Below, one piece after another: positions 8,642 through 15,630 of a DNA stretch of 32,816 bases. Origin of the DNA: an uncultured Bacilli bacterium (GTDB lineage Bacteria; Bacillota_I; Bacilli_A; RF39; UBA660); the NCBI GenBank assembly GCA_947853245.1, contig CANTWP010000107.1:1-32816 (forward strand), in the 5' to 3' direction. The notes under the pieces are model-generated. The model was not told where the DNA came from. It saw only the letters and a program-made list of their open reading frames with translations, and did no database searches. Numbering within the stretch: the stretch's first letter is position 1; each line of letters opens with the position of its first letter. Both the position numbers and the translations under genes were made by a program.

Positions 8642-9232
8642 TTTTAAATTTTCTTCCATAAGTTCTTTTACCTTATTATAAAGTAAGTTATTAGCTTGTT
8701 CTAGATCTAAATACGTCACTTTAAAAGGCTTGCCAAAACGAATAGTCAAGTTTTTACTGTGGAAAACATAATCACCTGTAATACCAAAAGGAACAAGATA
8801 CGCATCAGACTTTTTAGCCATGCTTACGGCCCCAAACTTAAACGGTAATAAGAACTCTTTTGTTTTATTACGAGTTCCTTCTGGGAACAAACCAATTGCG
8901 CCACCATCTTTTAATACCGCTAAAGCGAGATTAGTCGCTTTAGGATCTTTATTTTTACGATCAACAGAAATGCAACCAGAACTCTTAAAAAACCACGCCA
9001 CTTTTTTATCGTCAAAATATTCTTTTTTAGCCATATAATGAATACCACGCTTAGTAGACATTATCGTTAAACATTGATCATATAAATGCTTATGATTTCC
9101 TACTATTAAAATAGGTCCTTCCTTAGGAATATTTTCCTTACCTATTACAGTTGGTTTATAATACCATTTAAAAATCGGGCCTAAAATTGCTTTACAAAAA
9201 TAGTAAAACCATGAAAGTTTTTTATTCATCAT
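8639..9232 (-). CDS. PlsC-family lysophospholipid/1-acyl-G3P acyltransferase (paralogue 1)
   Basis: I trimmed this to MMNKKLSW at ATG 9232, with GAAGGGGA upstream. It has the HX4D motif VGNHKHLYD and the FPEGTRN motif. The start overlaps the 3' end of the ligase gene by 11 nt. Confidence 0.8.
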   Translation of the reverse strand: MMNKKLSWFYYFCKAILGPIFKWYYKPTVIGKENIPKEGPILIVGNHKHLYDQCLTIMSTKRGIHYMAKKEYFDDKKVAWFFKSSGCISVDRKNKDPKATNLALAVLKDGGAIGLFPEGTRNKTKEFLLPFKFGAVSMAKKSDAYLVPFGITGDYVFHSKNLTIRFGKPFKVTYLDLEQANNLLYNKVKELMEENLK

Positions 9233-10952
9233 CTTCCCCTTCATCACTTTGCAATTTTCTAAAATCAACTTTACCTAACTTAGTTTTAGGTAAACTCTTA
9301 CGATATACAAATTTATATGGAACCATATATTTAGCTAGATTCTTTTTACAATACTCTTTAATTTCATTTTTAATAAATAGTCCATGGAAGTCATCTTTTA
9401 ATACAATAAAAGCTTTAGCAACCTCTTGTTTATAAGGATGAGGCATACCAACTACTGTACATTGTAAAACAGCAGGATGTGTTTCAATTACTTCTTCTAT
9501 ATGGGAAGGATATACATTATAGCCACTAGTAATAATCATTCTTTTAATTCGACCTTTATAAAAGATAAAACCATCTTGATCCATATAGCCTAGATCACCA
9601 GTATGTAACCAAATATGACCATCATCATGAATTTGCAAAGCATCATTAGTTTCTGATTCATTATTTAAATATCCCATCATCAAAGCCTTAGTATGAATAC
9701 ATATTTCTCCAACTTCATTAAATGGTACAATCTTTCTAGTAGCAGGATCAATTATTTTGACATAATTACCCGCCAAAGGAATTCCTACTGAACCACTTTT
9801 ATGAACCCTATCAGCTGCTAAAGTAACAGCCGCTAAACCTTCCGATAAACCATAACCTTGTGTAATCTTAGCATTAGAATGATGTTCTTTTAAATAATCA
9901 TTAATTTTCTCTTCTAAAGTTGGTGGTAATATATCACCACCACTTACTACATACTTTAAAAAAGATAGATCTAAATCCTTTTCGTTATTACAGTTCATAA
10001 GAGCTTCAAACAAAGTTGGAACACCTAAAACACAAGTTGGTCTAGTCTTTTTAAATAATATATCAAATTTCTTAGCGTTAAACTGCGGAATAAGAATGGT
10101 ATAACAGCCGAGTGCTAAAGGAGTATGCATAAGTACACTTAATCCAAAACCATGAAAGTTAGGTAAAATAGCTAAACAGCAATCTCCTGCTTGTAAATAC
10201 TTTAAAGTTATATCCTCTTGAATAGCAGACATTACAAAAGCTCTATTTTGAATAACGACATTCTTAGGATTACCACTAGTACCGCCACTACTTAAAATGA
10301 CTGCTGGAGTATTTTTACTCATCTTAGAAAACTCTTTATCTTTAACTAGATATGATAATCTTTTAAACTTCTTCCAAGATATATATTCATCTGTTAAAGG
10401 ATGATGCTCAAATTTTTTAATTTGACTAATTCGATAAGCTGTAGCCATAAATATATTCATAGAATCTGCTGCTGATACAAAAATAATCTTTTTTACTTCT
10501 GTATTCCTAATAATACTTTTAACTTTTTCATAAAAAGAATCAAACATAATTAAATAAATGCTTTTAGTACTTATCATCTTTTCTTTAATTTCTTCTTCTG
10601 CCGACAATGGATGTACCATACTTGCTATAGCTCCTAATTTATTTAGAGCATATAAACTAATTAGTGCTTCGGGAACATTAGGTAAACAAATAGAAACAAT
10701 GTCACCCTTTTTTACACCTAATTTTCGAAAAGATAAAGCAGCTTGATCTATTTGTTTAATAAATTTAGTATATGTAACTTTCCTTTCAAAATATTGATAA
10801 GCTGTATTATTAGGATACTCCTTATAACTATTATAAACTTGATCATACATACTAATATTAGGTATATCAAAATTTAATTCTTCATCAGTATAATATTTTG
10901 CCCAAGGAGTTGGTATTTTCTTTTTTATTCTTAAAATATCAAATATAGCCAT
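9222..10952 (-). CDS. AMP-dependent synthetase/ligase (long-chain fatty acid-CoA/ACP ligase-like)
   Basis: 576 aa with adenylate-forming motifs LSSGGTSGNPKNVV, GYGLSE, HTGDLGYMDQDGFIFYKGRIKRMI and a C-terminal LPKTKLGKV. Confidence 0.85.
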   Translation of the reverse strand: MAIFDILRIKKKIPTPWAKYYTDEELNFDIPNISMYDQVYNSYKEYPNNTAYQYFERKVTYTKFIKQIDQAALSFRKLGVKKGDIVSICLPNVPEALISLYALNKLGAIASMVHPLSAEEEIKEKMISTKSIYLIMFDSFYEKVKSIIRNTEVKKIIFVSAADSMNIFMATAYRISQIKKFEHHPLTDEYISWKKFKRLSYLVKDKEFSKMSKNTPAVILSSGGTSGNPKNVVIQNRAFVMSAIQEDITLKYLQAGDCCLAILPNFHGFGLSVLMHTPLALGCYTILIPQFNAKKFDILFKKTRPTCVLGVPTLFEALMNCNNEKDLDLSFLKYVVSGGDILPPTLEEKINDYLKEHHSNAKITQGYGLSEGLAAVTLAADRVHKSGSVGIPLAGNYVKIIDPATRKIVPFNEVGEICIHTKALMMGYLNNESETNDALQIHDDGHIWLHTGDLGYMDQDGFIFYKGRIKRMIITSGYNVYPSHIEEVIETHPAVLQCTVVGMPHPYKQEVAKAFIVLKDDFHGLFIKNEIKEYCKKNLAKYMVPYKFVYRKSLPKTKLGKVDFRKLQSDEGEDDE

Positions 10953-11542
10953 TACTTATCACCTTTCTTTAATTTGTCTATTTTAGTCTGTAACATTTTA
11001 TTTTGTAAAACTAAATCTTTATCATCTACATAAAAAGGTTTACCAAATTTTATAGTTAAATTTCTAGAAAAAATATGATAATTACCTGTAATAGCAAAAG
11101 GAACAATCGGTGTACTAGTAACACTAGCCATTTTTACTGCTCCAATTTTAAATGGTAAAAACTCACCTTTTTTCTTTTCAATTGTTCCTTCTGGAAATAT
11201 ACCAATAACATTATCACTATTTAAATATTCTATAGCGGTTGTTAAGGCATTAGGATCTTTAGTACGCCTATTAACTGGTATTAGCCCTAAATTAGCAAAA
11301 ATTATTTTTTTAGGGCCTCTCCATAATTCATCCTTTGCTAAAAAGTGAATTTCTCTTTTGGTAGAACTAACAAGTAATAGACAATCAAAAATACTAGTAT
11401 GATTACCTGCTAATACCAGTCTACCATTTTCTGTTATGTTTTCTTTTCCAACTATTTTAGGATGAAAAACTAACATAGTAAAGCCTTTTACTAAAGGTCT
11501 AATTATTTTATAAAAAATAACATCATTCTTGTCTTTACGCAT
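10952..11542 (-). CDS. PlsC-family acyltransferase (paralogue 2)
   Basis: 196 aa with AGNHTSIFD (HX4D) and FPEGT. It is clearly paralogous to 8639-9232; shared blocks are GKENI, STKRxIH, KDP, LPFKxGAV and NLTIxFGKPF. TAATG overlap with the ligase start. Confidence 0.8.
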   Translation of the reverse strand: MRKDKNDVIFYKIIRPLVKGFTMLVFHPKIVGKENITENGRLVLAGNHTSIFDCLLLVSSTKREIHFLAKDELWRGPKKIIFANLGLIPVNRRTKDPNALTTAIEYLNSDNVIGIFPEGTIEKKKGEFLPFKIGAVKMASVTSTPIVPFAITGNYHIFSRNLTIKFGKPFYVDDKDLVLQNKMLQTKIDKLKKGDK

Positions 11543-11577
11543 TATTACCTCTCTATTTTTAAAAACATTACTATTTC

Positions 11578-11606
11578 ATTATACTATTTATGTCATAATT
11601 TGTAAA
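11578..11606 (-). promoter_or_regulatory. Sigma-A-type promoter of the acyltransferase-ligase-acyltransferase operon
   Basis: On the minus strand, TTTACA (11601-11606), a 17-nt spacer, then TATAAT (11578-11583). Confidence 0.55.
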
Positions 11607-11613
11607 ATATCCA

Positions 11614-11646
11614 ATTTAAAAAGGTAAATGAATTTAATCATTTACC
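11614..11646 (-). terminator. Rho-independent terminator after the pilin-like gene
   Basis: GGTAAATGA (11623-11631), loop ATTTAA, TCATTTACC (11638-11646). On the minus strand it is followed by TTTTTAA. Confidence 0.65.
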
Positions 11647-11648
11647 AA

Positions 11649-12560
11649 TTAACTATTCAAAAGGCTTTTATTAATTGTAATTGTTGGTCTAACACCACGC
11701 CAACCGTCTTGTTTATAATTATCAGTTGTTGGAATCAATTTACCATCCGCAATTGCCCAACCACCCCCAATATCAGAAGCAGTAGATGTCCAATAACCAG
11801 GATAAATTCCACCATTTATATTTACATATAGCCAACTATAATCAGTTAATGATGTTGTTGTAACAGTACTAGAATTGATTATTTTTAATACATCATATAC
11901 AGAAATTACACTTTTCTGTAAAGATGAGTTCCAATCCTGAGTTTGATAATCTAAAGAAAAATCTATAGACCAAAATTCTATATTTTCATCAATATTATGA
12001 TCTAACAATAAATTAACAGTTGTTGATGTTTCTAGATAAGCATACCATTTTAAACATCCAGCTACATTATATGAAACACTATTTCCGTTTACATAATCAT
12101 TACACTTTTGCATTGTTGTCGGATTAAAAAAAACTACTGTTCCATTGGGATAATTTCTAATTTCTTGCTCTAATATTGTTACTCCTGTAGCAATATCATA
12201 TTGAAACTGAAATTCATCAACTATCAAAGTTGCTTTAATTACTTTAGAGTTAGCTATCTCAACAGTTCCGGAAGTTGGGTTTGTTCCTTCCATCGCCACC
12301 TCAAAGGCTTCAACTGCATAAATACCATCTGTTGTATTAACACCACTGGCCATATCACTAACGAGTTTTAAATCAAGGGCTTTAATATAATTTCTAGCAG
12401 ACTCTGTAGCCGCTTTTTGTTTACTAACATTTATAACATTACCAATCGAACTATATCCAATTAAAGCAATTATACTTAACACTACTATAACCGCTAATAA
12501 CTCTATAAGAGTAAAACCTTTATTTTTTAATTTATTAATTATTTCATTCTTTATAAACAT
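11649..12560 (-). CDS. Prepilin-type N-terminal cleavage/methylation domain protein (type IV pilin/pseudopilin-like) with a large C-terminal globular domain
   Basis: The leader MFIKNEIINKLKNKG|FTLIELLAVIVVLSIIALIGY is a class III signal peptide (G/FTLIE). The C-terminus, GYWTSTA...GWRGVRPTITI, resembles the recurrent YW(S/T)ST...VRP module seen in many Firmicutes surface proteins. AAGGAG RBS overlaps the end of the upstream gene. Confidence 0.75.
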   Translation of the reverse strand: MFIKNEIINKLKNKGFTLIELLAVIVVLSIIALIGYSSIGNVINVSKQKAATESARNYIKALDLKLVSDMASGVNTTDGIYAVEAFEVAMEGTNPTSGTVEIANSKVIKATLIVDEFQFQYDIATGVTILEQEIRNYPNGTVVFFNPTTMQKCNDYVNGNSVSYNVAGCLKWYAYLETSTTVNLLLDHNIDENIEFWSIDFSLDYQTQDWNSSLQKSVISVYDVLKIINSSTVTTTSLTDYSWLYVNINGGIYPGYWTSTASDIGGGWAIADGKLIPTTDNYKQDGWRGVRPTITINKSLLNS

Positions 12561-12574
12561 ATTAACTCCTTATA

Positions 12575-14659
12575 TTAGAAACGACCACCGCCGCCTCCAC
12601 CACCGCCGAAGCCACCACCTCCGGAAAAGCCACCGCCAAAGCCACCGCCTGATGAACTTGAAGAACTAGATATATCTGACATTTCTTGACGACTCTTTTC
12701 AGAATAAGCCGCTGATACCGAAGATGTAATAGATTGATTAACAATATTATTAATTATAAATACTCTATGCATATAATCTAAATCAAATGGCAAATTGGAT
12801 ACATTATCAGTAGCAAAATCTTTAATTCTAATTTCCATATCTTTAGCAAGTTGTTTAGCACAACCCAAAGGTAATGCATATACTAAATACTTCTCCCAAA
12901 GTTCTACTTCAGGCAGTTTTCTTTTGTCCATATTACTAAAATCTTTTAAAAATCTTTTTAGACCAAGCCATCTTCGATAGTCTTCATTACCCTTGATAGT
13001 TCTTTTTGTACTAGAAGCAAAGTAAATTAAAGCAAATATTGCCACTAAAATCACTAAAATATCTAATAATACAAAGCTTTGATAAGGATTAAAACCAGTT
13101 ATTATTGCTACTATAAAACCTAAAATACAATATAAAATATATAGTGTCTTACGACCTTTATTATGCTCAAAGAAATTTTCATTTTCTCCCGCTTCAATAG
13201 TTAAATTTTTCCATTTACTAAAACCTGAAATAAAACTTTGATAATTTCGTTTAGCCTTTTTTTGAATTTCATCTAAGGTGACAGGTTTACCACCTAACAA
13301 AAAATCGATCAATTGTTTTTCTTGATTATTAAGTTCCTTACCTTCTATATGTGGTGTTAAAAGATAAGTTTTTTTATTACCTTTACCAATAGATTGTTCT
13401 TCATAAGTTACAACTTTCTTATAAATTAGATTCATAAGACAAGCCGATAAATCGTTATTACTAACAGACTTATTAAATAGATAACCAACTATCTCTGGCC
13501 CGTAATTAGCAGGAAAATCACGATAATAATCACCCTTGAATTTTGCCTCGTATTCTTTATCATATTTATTATAAAAACTACGAATTAATAATACTAATCC
13601 AACTAACCAAGCACTTAATAGAAAGGTATAAATCGTTTTAATCAGTTGTTCACGTTCAATAATTTTTTTATAAACAATATCTAAACGTCCTAACAATAAT
13701 GTTTTAACTTCGGTTTCTGGTAAATAATTGATAGCTTCTAAAGCATCATTATAATTACTACGATTAGGGGTTTGTTCCGCTAATTCAACCGCAAAAATTG
13801 CTTGTTCTGTTAAAAGCTTTAACATTTCTTCACGCTCAGCATTGGCTTCATCAGCACGTTTAGTCTCGACTTCAATAATTTTATTTAAGGCTTCCACTTT
13901 ACTAAACTTCTTAGAATTACTAAGGATATTTTTATCAAAAGCAAATCTAACATCAATTGCTGTATTAGCCGGTATATTAGAAGCTGTCACTTTGATAGTT
14001 TCTTTATCTTCAATCAAAATATTGCCAGTTAAAGGTCCATGAGCCCAAGCACGTAAAAGCTCTTTATTACCCGGAATATGAATATGCATTTCTAATTTGT
14101 TTACATACTCAGTTAATTCATCAAATAAATTCATATAAACTTCCGCAATATCTTCATGAACCACACCTGAATCTTTAACTAAATATTCGATATAAAAGCC
14201 TCGTTCTTTACCATTACTAGGATTATAAATACGGTATCTATAACCAAATTCTTGATCATAAATTACATATTTACCATAATCACCAACCGAAACATCATAG
14301 CCAAATGATCTATTAAACTCATTTCCACTATTAAAAATAACATCAAAACCACTATTATGATCAACTGCAATATCTTTAATGCTTATTAATTCAATATCAT
14401 TAGCGTTATAAATATCGCTACCATAAAAAGAATTAAGTGTACCATCAAATGAGTAAATTCTATTATTACTATAATTAATAATACGATCAAAACCATTAAA
14501 TTCACCATTTAAAATAATTAATTCCTTAACGTGCATATCACCATTTTCTTTTACAGTTGCATCAATATAAAAAGAGGTGATTCCTTCTTGATATGCTAAT
14601 ACACCACTAGGAATAATCAAAATTAAGAATAATACTATACTAAAATATAACTTTTTCAT
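12575..14659 (-). CDS. DUF2207-family membrane protein with a Ser/Gly-rich C-terminal tail
   Basis: 694 aa: signal peptide, extracytoplasmic N-domain, three TM helices, and the tail SSSSSSGGGFGGGFSGGGGFGGGGGGGGRF, which is typical of DUF2207 proteins. It lies directly downstream of lemA, a common pairing. Confidence 0.8.
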   Translation of the reverse strand: MKKLYFSIVLFLILIIPSGVLAYQEGITSFYIDATVKENGDMHVKELIILNGEFNGFDRIINYSNNRIYSFDGTLNSFYGSDIYNANDIELISIKDIAVDHNSGFDVIFNSGNEFNRSFGYDVSVGDYGKYVIYDQEFGYRYRIYNPSNGKERGFYIEYLVKDSGVVHEDIAEVYMNLFDELTEYVNKLEMHIHIPGNKELLRAWAHGPLTGNILIEDKETIKVTASNIPANTAIDVRFAFDKNILSNSKKFSKVEALNKIIEVETKRADEANAEREEMLKLLTEQAIFAVELAEQTPNRSNYNDALEAINYLPETEVKTLLLGRLDIVYKKIIEREQLIKTIYTFLLSAWLVGLVLLIRSFYNKYDKEYEAKFKGDYYRDFPANYGPEIVGYLFNKSVSNNDLSACLMNLIYKKVVTYEEQSIGKGNKKTYLLTPHIEGKELNNQEKQLIDFLLGGKPVTLDEIQKKAKRNYQSFISGFSKWKNLTIEAGENENFFEHNKGRKTLYILYCILGFIVAIITGFNPYQSFVLLDILVILVAIFALIYFASSTKRTIKGNEDYRRWLGLKRFLKDFSNMDKRKLPEVELWEKYLVYALPLGCAKQLAKDMEIRIKDFATDNVSNLPFDLDYMHRVFIINNIVNQSITSSVSAAYSEKSRQEMSDISSSSSSSGGGFGGGFSGGGGFGGGGGGGGRF

Positions 14660-14668
14660 TCTTCCTCC

Positions 14669-14694
14669 TAAAAAAGTCTACTTTTGTAGACTTT
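14669..14694 (-). terminator. Intra-operon terminator-like hairpin between lemA and the DUF2207 gene
   Basis: AAAGTCTAC (14673-14681), loop TTTT, GTAGACTTT (14686-14694). On the minus strand it runs into TTTTTT and then the AGGAGGA RBS. It overlaps the lemA stop codon. Confidence 0.4.
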
Positions 14695-15241
14695 AAAATT
14701 GTACTTTTGGTGTTTCTTTTTCCGCAGCGCTTGCTTCAAAGAAAGGTTCTGATTTAAATCCAAACATAGACGCTACAATATTTGATGGAAACACTTCAAG
14801 CTTATTTTTATATTTTAAAACTGTATCATTATAAAATTGTCTAGCAAAAGATATTTTATCTTCTGTATCTTTTAAATTTGCTTGTAAATCCATAAAATTT
14901 GTATTAGCTTTTAATTCTGGATAAGCTTCTGTTAATGCAAATAATCTACTTAATGCACCAGTTAATTCGTTATTAGCAGCCATTTCTTCAGTCGCATTAG
15001 TAGCACTTACTGCCTTATTTCGAGCACTAATTACAGCTTCTAATGTATCCTTTTCATGTTTAGTATATCCTTTTACTGTTTCTACTAAATTTGGTATTAA
15101 ATCAGCACGTCTTTTTAAATGTACGTCGATTTGTGACCATTGATCCTTTACACTATTTCTAAGTTGAACTAAAGAATTATAAGTACCCGCAAACCAAAGA
15201 GCGATTAATACAATAATAACTAATAAAATAATCCATCCCAT
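14693..15241 (-). CDS. lemA: LemA-family protein
   Basis: 182 aa with an N-terminal TM helix and then YNSLVQLRNSVKDQWSQIDVHLKRRADLIPNLVETVKGY, the LemA signature. Confidence 0.85.
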   Translation of the reverse strand: MGWIILLVIIVLIALWFAGTYNSLVQLRNSVKDQWSQIDVHLKRRADLIPNLVETVKGYTKHEKDTLEAVISARNKAVSATNATEEMAANNELTGALSRLFALTEAYPELKANTNFMDLQANLKDTEDKISFARQFYNDTVLKYKNKLEVFPSNIVASMFGFKSEPFFEASAAEKETPKVQF

Positions 15242-15265
15242 ATTATTTCCTCCATTCTAGTATTT

Positions 15266-15273
15266 ATTATACA
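15266..15273 (-). promoter_or_regulatory. Extended -10 element (TGTATAAT) upstream of lemA
   Basis: The reverse complement of ATTATACA at 15266-15273 gives TGTATAAT, about 25 nt upstream of the lemA ATG. The -35 is weak. Confidence 0.4.
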
Positions 15274-15349
15274 ATATATTTTATTTTTTTAAAATATTTT
15301 TACATATTTTTTTTAACTTTGTACAAAATAATTTTGAAAGGGTGATACT

Positions 15350-15553
15350 ATGAATTTAGATATTCGTGCACACATTAAAAAAAATTTTAAAGATTCTTCT
15401 ATAGATGATATTAGAAATTCTATTGAAGCATCCATTAAAGAACAAGATGAAATAACATTACCTGGCATGGGTGTTTTATTTGAAATATTATGGCAAAATA
15501 ATAATAATCAGGATGATTTACTAGAATGTATTAAAAAAGGATTAGAGAAATAA
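15350..15553 (+). CDS. sspI: Small acid-soluble spore protein I
   Basis: 67 aa. MNLDIRAHIKKN...EITLPGMGVLFEILWQ closely parallels B. subtilis SspI (MDLNLRHAV...KMLPGLGVLFEVIWQ), recalled from memory. Confidence 0.75.
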   Translation: MNLDIRAHIKKNFKDSSIDDIRNSIEASIKEQDEITLPGMGVLFEILWQNNNNQDDLLECIKKGLEK

Positions 15554-15585
15554 TATTAAAAATCATTATTAAATTTAGTATTTCA

Positions 15586-15630
15586 TTAAAAAAATAATGT
15601 TTGTCAAAATAACAAACATTATTTTTATTT
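15586..15630. terminator. Bidirectional terminator between sspI and dnaE
   Basis: AATAATGTTTGT (15593-15604) pairs with ACAAACATTATT (15612-15623). An A run and a T run flank it. Confidence 0.65.

Noticed and set aside
12575-12665. A sharp GC-rich island (ggtggcggcggaggtgg-type) in an otherwise AT-rich window. I considered foreign DNA or a simple-sequence contingency repeat.
   Set aside because: It is fully explained by the Gly/Ser codons of the DUF2207 C-terminal tail, which is a standard feature of that family. The repeat units are not uniform enough to suggest slippage-driven phase variation.
12562-12744. A 60-aa minus-strand ORF in an alternative frame across the Gly-rich tail of the DUF2207 gene.
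   Set aside because: It is an out-of-frame artefact of the GGN-repeat region and is nested fully inside a well-supported CDS.
15242-15349. I looked for a forespore sigma-G/sigma-F type promoter (GnATR ... CATnnTA) upstream of sspI.
   Set aside because: There is no convincing match. Only near-misses such as CATATTT and CAAAATA are present, so no promoter call is made.
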